Assembly: GCA_013151235.1 (NCBI GenBank)
Contig: JAADIO010000032.1
Location: 2,166 to 66,165 of the forward strand
From: Deltaproteobacteria bacterium
GTDB lineage: Bacteria; CG2-30-53-67
Length of the DNA: 64,000 nt
Direction: 5' to 3'
How positions within the stretch are numbered: position 1 is the stretch's first letter; each line of letters starts with the position of its first letter. The notes under the pieces are model-generated. The model made no database searches. It was not told where the DNA came from and saw only the letters and a program-made list of their open reading frames with translations. Made by a program: the position numbers and the translations under genes. Positions 45,708-54,744 of the stretch are shown here, piece by piece.

Positions 45708-46070
45708 ATGAACGATATCCTTTTATGCTCATCGGATCCGATCTTCATAAAGAATCTCTACGGGATTCTCCGGGAGGACGGTTACCGTGTCGATATTGCC
45801 GGCCATGCGTCTATGGCCGTCCGGATGGTTTTTGAAAAGAGTTTTGCAGCGGTGATCCTCGATTCCGATGCTGTCGGTATGTCTTCGGGGGAGGCTGCAC
45901 GTATCATTTTGAGAGTCATCTCGGGGATCCCTGTAATTCTTGCAGGGGAAAGTCTGTTACCCGAGGGGGCGTTTTCGATCAGCAAACCTCTGGATCTGGA
46001 GGAGGTCCTGGAGGTTCTTCGAACCGTTCGTTTAATTCATTTTCCGGAAAGGAGTGTGAGCGGCCTATGA
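45708..46070 (+). CDS. Stand-alone receiver (REC)-like protein
   Basis: ~120 aa. CheY-like pattern ILLCSSD...AVILDSD...PVILAG...ISKP, including a candidate phospho-acceptor Asp and a K-P pair. Start set at MNDILL because the sigma-54 promoter lies inside the longer track ORF. Confidence 0.45.
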   Translation: MNDILLCSSDPIFIKNLYGILREDGYRVDIAGHASMAVRMVFEKSFAAVILDSDAVGMSSGEAARIILRVISGIPVILAGESLLPEGAFSISKPLDLEEVLEVLRTVRLIHFPERSVSGL

Positions 46071-47098
46071 CACCACGAGAGATTATTTTGCAGGCCTTTG
46101 AAGGGGGGAAGCCCGAGCGGGTGCCGGTTTCTCTCTTCGGTGCCGGCATGTGGAGCATCAAGAGTTTTGAAAGCAGTTTCGAGGAGTTGTCGACCGATGC
46201 AGCGAAGATGTCGGATATGTTGGTGACCCTGTCGGACAAACTGTTGTGTGATATTGTCTATGCCGGCTCCGGGTACAACAACTTTCACGCCGCTGCGTTC
46301 GGCGGGGAGATCAAGTTTCGTTCCATGGGAGCGCCGGATCTGAAGGAACATCTCGTTTCCTCCGTGGAGGACATTGAAAAATTTGATCTATCGGCGCTCG
46401 ACAATGAAGCGACCCTCAATATCGTCAAGGATGCCCTGCATCGTACACGGGAACAGATCGGTGACAAATATGTGGTGAGCATGACGGCCTGGGGACCCTT
46501 TACCCTCGGGGCACGTTTCGTCGGGGAAGAGACGATGATGAAGGCGACCTTCAAGAATCCCGACCTGGTCCACCGGGTCACTGATTTTGCAACGGACCTT
46601 CTGATCCATCTTTATGAACCCCTGGTTGATGACGGGACGCTGGAAGTGATCAGTCTGGCCGATCCGACGGCCTCGGGGGACCTGATTTCCCGCAAGCAGT
46701 TTGAAAAGTTTGCCGTTCCCTACCTGAAAAAGTTTACCGACTGGGCCAGATCGAAGAAGGCGTATACCCTCCTGCACATTTGCGGGAATACGACGGACCG
46801 CCTGGATGTGATGCCCGGGACCGGGGCGAGCTGTATCAGCCTGGATCACAAAACCGATATCGGGAAGGCCTATGAGGCACTCCACGGAAGGATCTGTTTT
46901 GCCGGCAATGTGGATCCTGTCGGTGTCATGCTTCAGGGCTCGGTCGACGATGTGGAGAGGGCCTGCCGGGAGGTGATCGAAAGGGCCGGCACGGAGGGGG
47001 GGTTCGTTCTCATGCCGGGATGCGATATTCCGCCGACCGTCCCTTATGAAAATATTCGGAAATTCATCCAGGTCGCGCGGGAGTGGAAATTGACATAA
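46067..47098 (+). CDS. MtaA/CmuA-type (URO-D fold) methylcobamide methyltransferase, paralogue 1
   Basis: 343 aa. URO-D family pattern with LHICGNT (H-x-C) and MPGCDIPP (C) zinc ligands, as in methylcobamide:CoM methyltransferases. ATGA overlap with the REC gene. Confidence 0.8.
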   Translation: MTPREIILQAFEGGKPERVPVSLFGAGMWSIKSFESSFEELSTDAAKMSDMLVTLSDKLLCDIVYAGSGYNNFHAAAFGGEIKFRSMGAPDLKEHLVSSVEDIEKFDLSALDNEATLNIVKDALHRTREQIGDKYVVSMTAWGPFTLGARFVGEETMMKATFKNPDLVHRVTDFATDLLIHLYEPLVDDGTLEVISLADPTASGDLISRKQFEKFAVPYLKKFTDWARSKKAYTLLHICGNTTDRLDVMPGTGASCISLDHKTDIGKAYEALHGRICFAGNVDPVGVMLQGSVDDVERACREVIERAGTEGGFVLMPGCDIPPTVPYENIRKFIQVAREWKLT

Positions 47099-47251
47099 GG
47101 CGAAGAGGGGGTAGTAAGTCCGTGTTGTTCAGGTCCCATTGACCTTGTGAGAGAGGGGGTTGTGATGGGTACATTCTGGGAAAATCTCAAAAATATGTTT
47201 GTGCGGACTGTTCCTCCGGGAGCAGCCGGGCAATCGCAGAAAGGAGCTGCC

Positions 47252-47698
47252 ATGGCTGACGAAAAGAAGATGACGCTGGAAGAAGTAAATCAGTATATGC
47301 AGGAAAAGTGCGGGTTCGTGCCGAGGATGTTCAAGATTATCAATACCGTGACGCCGGAGCCCGGCCGAACCTTTGCCGATTTCTACGCGAGCATTTTCGG
47401 GGAGGGCGCACTTTCCAAGAGCGTCAAGGAATTGATGTTCATGTCCGGTGGTGTCGCCTACTGTTCGCCTCGCTGCATCATTCATGTCGTACCGGCGATC
47501 AATGCCGGTGCAACGTCGGAACAGGTCTTCGAGGCGGCGTCCGTCGGGATGATCCTGGCCGGTTTTGTCCCGAACGGTCCGGGAATTCCCTATGCCTTTG
47601 AATATGCCTTGAAGTGCATTGACATCGACACGAAGTTCCGGAAGGGCGAGGAGTGGGAATACCTGCCGCCCCCGAAATTTGATCACGGGATTTACTGA
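47252..47698 (+). CDS. Carboxymuconolactone decarboxylase / AhpD-like family protein
   Basis: ~148 aa. KELMFMSGGVAYCSPRCIIHV resembles the AhpD-core Cys/His segment, though the Cys spacing is atypical. The ATG at 47252 lies 5 nt after AAGGAG. Confidence 0.5.
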   Translation: MADEKKMTLEEVNQYMQEKCGFVPRMFKIINTVTPEPGRTFADFYASIFGEGALSKSVKELMFMSGGVAYCSPRCIIHVVPAINAGATSEQVFEAASVGMILAGFVPNGPGIPYAFEYALKCIDIDTKFRKGEEWEYLPPPKFDHGIY

Positions 47699-47775
47699 GC
47701 GCTTCAGCCGCGGGAGGGGGGAATCCCCCCTCTTTTGCCCCCCTCCTGCGGATTTTACCCATTTTTAATTTAAGG

Positions 47776-48747
47776 ATGATACATATGTTCACCTTTGAAA
47801 CGGAACAAAAGGTTTGCAAGATCGGCGGATTAAAGGTTGGAGGCCGACCGGCGGAAAATCCCCCTCTCCTGATTGCCTCCATGTTTCATAACAAGGACCG
47901 AATCCTGCAGGATCGTAAAGGGAATTTCGACCGCGTCCGGGCGACAGAACTGATCCGGAAGCAGGAAGAGCTGACCGAAGCCACCGGCATTCCCGGTATG
48001 GTGGCCATGATGGCCAATTCCGCCGGGGAAGCAAAGATCTATATCGATTTCTTTGTGGAAACCACCGACATGCCCTTCGCCATCGATATGTGGGTTGCCG
48101 AGAAACGGATGGCCGCGACGGAATATGTGGCGAAGTTAGGTCTGCAGGACCGGTTTGTCTATAACAGTATTACCCCCTGGGACAAGGACATTCCGGGGCA
48201 GGTGCAGCGGGTCAAAGAGCTCGGCATCAAACACGTATTTGTCCAGGCCTTTGATGATGCCGATCAGTCTCCGAAAGGACGGCTGACCTCATTGGAAAAA
48301 TTGCTTGATCAGGGAGCGGGTGATTTCGAGTCGGTCCTTGTCGATTCCTCGGTGATGAATCTTCCCGCTGCCTCTTTCTCCATGCTGGCAAACCGGATGA
48401 TCAAAGAGAAGTTAGGGCTCCCCTGCGGAAGCGCCTATTCCAATGGCACCCACATGTGGAAAGAGGCCAAGGAGATCTGGGGGCTCGACGGTTTCAAGGC
48501 GATGGATGCTGTGGCCCAGGGGATGTCGACGGCCCTCTGGTCGGATTTTAATTTTTACGGTCCCATCGTGACGGCGCCCCGGATCTTCCCCGGTGTGGCC
48601 ACGGCAAACATCCTGCTTTCGACCCTGGTCTTTGATGAAACCGGGGAGGTCTCGGAAAATGAAGACCTGCCGATCCGGAAGCACTTTTCGGAATTTCTTG
48701 AGAAGATGATCGCCGGTGGTGCAAGAAAAAAGGCGCAGGCCCGATAA
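47776..48747 (+). CDS. MtrH-like pterin-binding methyltransferase (methylcorrinoid:tetrahydrofolate/H4MPT type)
   Basis: 323 aa. CKIGGLKVGGRPAENPPLLIASMFH...AIDMW...YNSITPW resembles the tetrahydromethanopterin S-methyltransferase subunit H family. Confidence 0.75.
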   Translation: MIHMFTFETEQKVCKIGGLKVGGRPAENPPLLIASMFHNKDRILQDRKGNFDRVRATELIRKQEELTEATGIPGMVAMMANSAGEAKIYIDFFVETTDMPFAIDMWVAEKRMAATEYVAKLGLQDRFVYNSITPWDKDIPGQVQRVKELGIKHVFVQAFDDADQSPKGRLTSLEKLLDQGAGDFESVLVDSSVMNLPAASFSMLANRMIKEKLGLPCGSAYSNGTHMWKEAKEIWGLDGFKAMDAVAQGMSTALWSDFNFYGPIVTAPRIFPGVATANILLSTLVFDETGEVSENEDLPIRKHFSEFLEKMIAGGARKKAQAR

Positions 48748-48780
48748 TCGATAACCCTAATATCAGAAGGAGAAAACGTT

Positions 48781-49803
48781 TTGACGGAAACCATGACATC
48801 AAGAGAACGGGTACTGAGACTGTTTCGGGGGGAACCGACGGATCGTCCGGCCTGTTTCAGCGGGATGGGTAATGCGACAACGGAAGGGCTGAACCAGCTC
48901 GGCTACAAGTTTGCCCAGGTTCATCTCGATGCGAAACAGATGGCGGAGACGGCCATGACGACGCCCCGGCTTTTCGGGTTTGACGCCTGCGTCCTTCCGT
49001 TTGACCTCTGTGTCGAAGCGGAAGCGATGGGCGCAAGGATCAATACCTATTCGAACTCGGACGACCTGCTCTATCCCACGATCAAAGAGAAGGTAATCCA
49101 TGGCGAAGAGGAGATGGAGATCAACCTCCCCTCCGACCTGGTCACGCGCGGGCGGATCCCCCTCATGAAGGAGGCGATCGGGATCGCCAGGGAAACCATC
49201 GGAGAGACCGTGGCGATCGGTTCTTACCTGCTCGGACCGTTTACGCTCGCCGGTCAGATCATGGAACTGAACGATCTGCTGAAACTTTCTTTCAAGAAAC
49301 CGGACAAGGTCGGGAAACTTCTGGCCGATCTGACCTGCGTGATCGTGGCGGTTGCGAAGGAGTATGAAGCGGCCGGTGTTGACTACCTGACGGTACGGGA
49401 GATGGGTGCAACCTCCGACGTGTTGAGCCCCAGGGTTTTCAAGAGCCTGATACTGCCCCATCTCAAGAATATTTTCGAACAGATCAGTGTTCCCAGTGTG
49501 CTGCATATCTGCGGCAAGACGAACAACATCGTCGTTCCGATGGTGGAAACGGGTGCGACGGCCATCAGTGTTGACCAGAAGAATGATGTGGTCGACAGCC
49601 GGAAAAAGCTCGGATCCGATGCCCTGATTTTCGGGAACTACGACCCCTATAACGTGCTTGTTTCGGGTACGCCGGAACTGGTCAAAGAGGCGATGCAAAA
49701 GTGTTTGGAAGACGGCGTCAGTGCCGTCTGGCCCGGCTGTGATATCTGGCCCACGGTGCCGGCGGAGAATTTTAAGGCCATGATGGAAACCATGAATGAA
49801 TAG
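48781..49803 (+). CDS. MtaA/CmuA-type (URO-D fold) methylcobamide methyltransferase, paralogue 2
   Basis: 340 aa. RERVLRLFRGEPTDRPA N-terminus, with VLHICGKT (H-x-C) and WPGCDIWP (C) zinc ligands. TTG start after AAGGAGAA, or the ATG at 48793. Confidence 0.8.
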   Translation: MTETMTSRERVLRLFRGEPTDRPACFSGMGNATTEGLNQLGYKFAQVHLDAKQMAETAMTTPRLFGFDACVLPFDLCVEAEAMGARINTYSNSDDLLYPTIKEKVIHGEEEMEINLPSDLVTRGRIPLMKEAIGIARETIGETVAIGSYLLGPFTLAGQIMELNDLLKLSFKKPDKVGKLLADLTCVIVAVAKEYEAAGVDYLTVREMGATSDVLSPRVFKSLILPHLKNIFEQISVPSVLHICGKTNNIVVPMVETGATAISVDQKNDVVDSRKKLGSDALIFGNYDPYNVLVSGTPELVKEAMQKCLEDGVSAVWPGCDIWPTVPAENFKAMMETMNE

Positions 49804-49817
49804 TCAGGAGGCATGGA

Positions 49818-50513
49818 ATGGCAACTGAAGAGAGAACCCGGGAAATCCTGGAGAAAATGGAGAAAGCCGTGATTGAGTATGACGAAGATGCGGCCAAGGA
49901 GGGTGCCCAGGCGGCCCTCGATGAAGGGGTCAATCCCAATGATGCCATCTTCGACGGTCTGGTCAGCGGGATGCAGGAAGTCGGCAAGCTCTTTGAGGCC
50001 GAAGAGTATTTCGTCCCGGAGCTGCTCATGTGCGCCGATGCCCTTTATGCCGGTCTCGATATCTTAAAACCCCATGTGAAACAGCTCGACCTGGGGGTGA
50101 AAGGCTCGGTGGTGATCGGTACCGTGGAGGGAGATGTTCACGATATCGGGAAGAACATCGTGAAGATGATGTTCGATGTCGCCGGGTTTGAGGTCCATGA
50201 CCTGGGACGGGATGTGCCGCTGGATCAGTTTGTTGAGGAACAGATCAAAACCGATTCCGAACTGGTCTGCCTCTCCGCCATGATGACGACGACCATGATG
50301 GGGATGCAGAAGGTCATCGAGGACCTGAAGAAGAAGAATCCCGATATCAAGATCATGATCGGCGGTGCTCCCGTTTCCGGTGATATCGCCGAGAAATGGG
50401 GAGCGGACGGCTATGCCGATGACGCGACCAATGCCCTCGCAGATGCCATCAACATGGTCAGCTCTCTGAAAAAGATGAAGGAAGAAGCGGAAGCCAGGGA
50501 AAAACGGAAGTGA
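49818..50513 (+). CDS. Corrinoid (B12-binding) protein, MtaC/MtbC/MttC-like
   Basis: 231 aa. N-terminal helical cap domain, then a Rossmann B12 domain with GTVEGDVHDIGKN (DxHxxG), SAMMTTT (SxL-type) and IGGAPV (GG). Confidence 0.9.
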   Translation: MATEERTREILEKMEKAVIEYDEDAAKEGAQAALDEGVNPNDAIFDGLVSGMQEVGKLFEAEEYFVPELLMCADALYAGLDILKPHVKQLDLGVKGSVVIGTVEGDVHDIGKNIVKMMFDVAGFEVHDLGRDVPLDQFVEEQIKTDSELVCLSAMMTTTMMGMQKVIEDLKKKNPDIKIMIGGAPVSGDIAEKWGADGYADDATNALADAINMVSSLKKMKEEAEAREKRK

Positions 50514-51175
50514 GCAGTGCATTCTTGAAAAAGATGCTCCTCGGTTCCGGGGCGACCGTGGTGGGTGTGGCGGAACTGGATGCGTATCTTGACGGAGAGA
50601 TCCGTCATCTCAACCGAGGGGTTTCCATCGCGGTGGACCGGACGCTTCGGGAAGATACCCTGAAACATCTGGGCCGGCTGCAGAAAAAAGTGGTCCGCTA
50701 TCTGAAAGGGAAGGGATTCCGTACCCTCAGTATCCCCCCTGATTCGGACCGCATCCGGAATAAGTTTGTTGCCGAACTTTATTCCCTTTTGACCCACAAG
50801 ATGGCAGCCACCTGCGCGGGGATCGGCTGGATCGGGCGGAATGGGTTACTGATCAGTCCCCATTTCGGGCCGCGGCTTTCCCTGGCGACGGTCCTGACCG
50901 ATGCGCCCCTGAAGAGCGATATTCCCTATGAACAGAGCCGTTGCGGCAATTGCCGGCTTTGTGTTGACTACTGCCCGTCGAAGGCGATCACGGGCAAAAC
51001 CTGGTCCCGGCGGGACCCTTACAGCGGCCTGGTCAAGCCCCACCGGTGTCGTGTACACAAAGAGGGGGCCCGGGGAGTGACGGATCGGCCCAATTGCGGT
51101 CTCTGCCTGCAGATCTGCCCCTACGGGCGGGCGAAAGGGAGGACCAAACCGAAAGATGTTATGGAGATTGTATAA
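50510..51175 (+). CDS. QueG/RdhA-like 2x[4Fe-4S] ferredoxin-domain protein
   Basis: 221 aa. GWIGRNGLLISPHFGPRLSLATVLTDAPL is an epoxyqueuosine-reductase-like core. Two cluster motifs are present, CGNCRLCVDYCP and CGLCLQICP. 4-nt overlap with the corrinoid protein gene. Confidence 0.6.
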   Translation: MSSAFLKKMLLGSGATVVGVAELDAYLDGEIRHLNRGVSIAVDRTLREDTLKHLGRLQKKVVRYLKGKGFRTLSIPPDSDRIRNKFVAELYSLLTHKMAATCAGIGWIGRNGLLISPHFGPRLSLATVLTDAPLKSDIPYEQSRCGNCRLCVDYCPSKAITGKTWSRRDPYSGLVKPHRCRVHKEGARGVTDRPNCGLCLQICPYGRAKGRTKPKDVMEIV

Positions 51176-51177
51176 AG

Positions 51178-53154
51178 ATGAGCAGCAAATATAAAGTGAA
51201 TTTTCAGCCCTCGGGAAGTCGGGGGGAAGTGGATGCAGGGAAAACCCTCCTTGATGCGGCCCAGCGTTTAGGGGTTGATCTGGAATCAGTCTGTGGCGGC
51301 AAGGGGACCTGCGGGAAATGCAAGGTCCGTGTTGAGGAAGGATATTTTGAAAAAGATGCCATGGAATCAAGAATGTCCCATCTGTCTCCTCTGACGGACG
51401 TGGAACGCAAATTCATCAAACCGGAAGACGGACCCCGAATGCGTTTGGCCTGTGCCGCCGAGGTGCGGGGGGATGTGAAACTTTTCGTGCCGGAAAAGTC
51501 CCGTGCCGGGAAACAGATCGTTCGCAAGGCCGCAAAAGATATTACGATCGCCCTCGACCCCGCCGTGAAAAAATATTGTATCCGGCTGGATGCCCCGACC
51601 CTGCACGATCTTTCCAAGGGGGATCTTGAACGGATTCTGGGGGCGCTGAAAATGGAGTACAACCTGGAAAACCTTGCCATAGACTATCTGGTCCTCCAGA
51701 AGCTCCAGGATATTCTTCGGGCCGGGAACTGGGAGGTGACGGTTTCGGTCTGGAAAGGCAAAGAGATCATCAAGGTGGAGCCGGATTTTGTGGACGTCTC
51801 CTACGGTCTGGCCGTGGATGTCGGGACGACGACGGTGGCAGCCTATCTGTGTGATCTGAACACGGGCAAGGTGCTTAACACCGAATCGATGATGAATCCC
51901 CAGGTCCCGTACGGCGAAGATGTCATGTCGAGGATTACTTACGCCATGACCCATGACGACGGTCTTGCGATCATGCAGAAGGCAATCATCGAGGGCTTAA
52001 ACGATCTGATTGAGAAGATTACCGCCGACATCCGTTCCAACGGAACGCCCGGCGGTACCTCCATCGTCGATATGACGGTGGTTTTTAATACCGCCATGCA
52101 TCACATCTTCCTGGGATTCAACCCGGTCTACATCGGACGGTCTCCCTTTATTCCTGCCGTGCAGGATTGTGTTGATCTCAAGGCACGGGATCTGGGACTT
52201 CAAATCAATGAAGCTTCCTACATTCATGTCCTTCCCATTGAGGCCGGTTTTGTCGGCGCCGACAATGTGGGGGTTCTCATCGCCGAAGAGCCGTACAATT
52301 CCGAGGACAATGTCCTGATTATCGACATCGGGACGAACGGTGAACTCCTCCTCGGGAACAAGCATGCGGTCTGTTCCACTTCCTGCGCTACGGGACCGGC
52401 CTTTGAAGGGGCCCAGATCAAGTTCGGAATGCGAGCCGCCCCGGGAGCGATTGAAAAGGTCCGGATCGATCCGGAGACGAAAGAGCCACAGTACAAGGTG
52501 ATCGGCAAGGCCGACTGGCATACCCATATCAAGGATGTCAATGCCAAGGGGATCTGCGGTTCCGCCATCATCGACGTGATTGCCGAGATGTTCAAGGCGG
52601 GAGTCATCGACAAGTCCGGGAAATTCGTCAAGGATCTTGACATACCCCGCATCCGGAAGGATGCCGACGGCAAACCGGAGTACGTCCTGGCCTGGGCGGA
52701 TGAAACCTCCATCGGGAGCGACATCACCGTGACGCAGGGGGATGTCCGGGCGTTGCAGCTCGCCAAGGGGGCACTCTACGCCGGGGCGAAACTGATGATG
52801 CAGAAGATGGGGATCGAAAAACTCGACCGGGTGGTTCTGGCGGGGGCCTTCGGGAGTCATATCAATACGGAGGCCTCGATGACCCTCGGGATGTTCCCCG
52901 ATTGTGCCATCGAAAAGGTCTATGCCGTGGGGAATGCCGCCGGCGACGGGGCGATCATGGCCCTGCTGAACCTGGGGAAACGACGTGAGGCCGGCGAAAA
53001 GGCCCGGTGGGTCCGGTTCCTGGAGATTGCCGTGGAGCCGGAATTTGAAAAGGAATTCATGAAGGCGATGCATATTCCGCACATGAAGGATCCTTTTCCC
53101 AATCTCAAGTCGTTGCTGGAGAAGGACCATTTGCCGGTGACGATCAAGGGGTGA
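51178..53154 (+). CDS. Reductive activator of corrinoid proteins (RACo / ASKHA-fold, N-terminal [2Fe-2S] ferredoxin)
   Basis: 658 aa from MSSKYKVNF. Plant-type ferredoxin motif CGGKGTCGKCKV...C, then a large ASKHA ATPase region (GLAVDVGTTTVAAYL, IIDIGTNGE). Start moved from 51046 to the ATG at 51178, 2 nt after the upstream stop. Confidence 0.85.
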   Translation: MSSKYKVNFQPSGSRGEVDAGKTLLDAAQRLGVDLESVCGGKGTCGKCKVRVEEGYFEKDAMESRMSHLSPLTDVERKFIKPEDGPRMRLACAAEVRGDVKLFVPEKSRAGKQIVRKAAKDITIALDPAVKKYCIRLDAPTLHDLSKGDLERILGALKMEYNLENLAIDYLVLQKLQDILRAGNWEVTVSVWKGKEIIKVEPDFVDVSYGLAVDVGTTTVAAYLCDLNTGKVLNTESMMNPQVPYGEDVMSRITYAMTHDDGLAIMQKAIIEGLNDLIEKITADIRSNGTPGGTSIVDMTVVFNTAMHHIFLGFNPVYIGRSPFIPAVQDCVDLKARDLGLQINEASYIHVLPIEAGFVGADNVGVLIAEEPYNSEDNVLIIDIGTNGELLLGNKHAVCSTSCATGPAFEGAQIKFGMRAAPGAIEKVRIDPETKEPQYKVIGKADWHTHIKDVNAKGICGSAIIDVIAEMFKAGVIDKSGKFVKDLDIPRIRKDADGKPEYVLAWADETSIGSDITVTQGDVRALQLAKGALYAGAKLMMQKMGIEKLDRVVLAGAFGSHINTEASMTLGMFPDCAIEKVYAVGNAAGDGAIMALLNLGKRREAGEKARWVRFLEIAVEPEFEKEFMKAMHIPHMKDPFPNLKSLLEKDHLPVTIKG

Positions 53155-53164
53155 GACGTCGAAA

Positions 53165-53482
53165 ATGACCCGTGTGAAAATCGACCCGGGCGTCTGTGGT
53201 TTTCCCGCTCTCGTGACGGTCGAAAAAAAGGACAGGCAGCACTTTCGGGTAACGATCGAGTCCAATTGTGAAATGGTACGGAAATTGGGAGAGGAAATTG
53301 CATCCCTGACGATGCAGGATGCCTTCATCCGGTTTTCCGATAACCGGGTCTATGAGAAGGCCTCAACCTGTCTGAAACACACGGCCTGTCCGGTCCCGTC
53401 GGGCATCCTGAAGGCCCTGGAGGTTGAGGCCGGTCTGGCGGTGCCGCGGAACGTAACGGTGGAATTTCTTGCCGGGGAGTGA
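53165..53482 (+). CDS. Small conserved-Cys hypothetical protein
   Basis: 105 aa with four Cys (C11, C35, C69, C75). Translationally coupled to the next gene by a 4-nt overlap. Confidence 0.4.
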   Translation: MTRVKIDPGVCGFPALVTVEKKDRQHFRVTIESNCEMVRKLGEEIASLTMQDAFIRFSDNRVYEKASTCLKHTACPVPSGILKALEVEAGLAVPRNVTVEFLAGE

Positions 53483-54744
53483 CAGTGATGAGCGACTATC
53501 TTCTGCATTGCCGGAAATGCGGTGCTCTTTTGCAGCCGCAAGAGTCCGCTTCCGGGGTTCATTGTCCCGATGCCTTGATGAAAAGTGAATTTCCCGACCG
53601 GCGGTTCCGCCTTGAGGGGCGTCGGGGGATCTGGCGCTTCAACTGGCTTCCGGTGCATGCACCCCGTGAAGATACCGCCGCACCGGTGGTTTATCACGCG
53701 GAGGGGCTGGGGCGGCGTCTTGGACTTCGGCATCTCTTTGTCGTATTCAACGGTTTCCGGCCGGAAAAGGGGGCGGAGATCGAGACCTGTACCTTCAAAG
53801 AGTTCGAGGCCGAGGTTGTTCTGCAAAACGCACGGGAACTTGGAAAGGGCGGCCTCGTCGTCGCCTCGGCGGGGAATACCGCCCGCGCCTTTGCCCACCT
53901 TTCGATTCGGACCGATTTCCCCGTGTTCATTGTGGTTCCACGCATGTGTCTTCATGAGATGTGGTTTCTGAAGTCGAAGGAGTCCGTTCCGACGGCTGTC
54001 CTGCAGGACGGTGACTATGCCGACGCCATCGATGTGGCCGAGCGGATCGCCCGGATTTCAGGTATTCCCTTCGAAGGAGGGGTACGCAATTCGGCCAAGC
54101 GGGACGGACTCGGTGTCGTACTGATGGAAGCGGTCTCCTTCCTCGGCCGCCTGCCCGATGCCTATTTTCAGGCAGTCGGGAGCGGCGCCGGGGCGGTGGC
54201 CACCTGGGAGATGGCGGAACGGTTTTTGCGGGACGGCCGTTTCGGGAACCGGCTTCCCCGTCTCCACCTGGCACAGAATCTCCCCTTTGCACCCATGTTT
54301 CATGCCTGGAGACGGGGGGAACGGAATCTGAAACCTGAGGACCTTGATCCGGGCCTGATTGAGAAGATTTCCACCCGGGTTCTGTCCAGTCGTTATCCCG
54401 CCTATTCGATTCTGGGGGGGGTCTACGATGCCTTGACGGCATCCGGGGGGAACATGTACGGGATTACCAACGGAGGGATGGCCGAGGCCCGGACGCTCTT
54501 CGAAGAAACGGAAGGGGTCGATATCGTTCCCGCGTCGGCCATTGCCCTGGCGGCACTGAAAGAGGCCGTAGCGGCGGAAGAGGTCTCTCCCGACGAGCTG
54601 ATCCTGCTCAATATCACCGGGGGTGGGGAAAGGGCCATCCGGCGTGCGGGACGTGCCGTCCCGGTGGCGGGAGACGCAATCTCGAAAAATATTACGGATG
54701 ATGAAATCGAAGAACTTTTATGCACAGTCCTGAAAAAGAGCTGA
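53479..54744 (+). CDS. Threonine-synthase-fold PLP enzyme, cysteate synthase-like
   Basis: 421 aa. N-terminal Cys ribbon (HCRKCG...HCPD), TFKEFEA (PLP-Lys region), ASAGNTARAF and LNITGGG. Its size, ribbon and pairing with ComDE mirror archaeal cysteate synthase. I cannot exclude a different beta-replacement specificity. Confidence 0.55.
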   Translation: MTVMSDYLLHCRKCGALLQPQESASGVHCPDALMKSEFPDRRFRLEGRRGIWRFNWLPVHAPREDTAAPVVYHAEGLGRRLGLRHLFVVFNGFRPEKGAEIETCTFKEFEAEVVLQNARELGKGGLVVASAGNTARAFAHLSIRTDFPVFIVVPRMCLHEMWFLKSKESVPTAVLQDGDYADAIDVAERIARISGIPFEGGVRNSAKRDGLGVVLMEAVSFLGRLPDAYFQAVGSGAGAVATWEMAERFLRDGRFGNRLPRLHLAQNLPFAPMFHAWRRGERNLKPEDLDPGLIEKISTRVLSSRYPAYSILGGVYDALTASGGNMYGITNGGMAEARTLFEETEGVDIVPASAIALAALKEAVAAEEVSPDELILLNITGGGERAIRRAGRAVPVAGDAISKNITDDEIEELLCTVLKKS

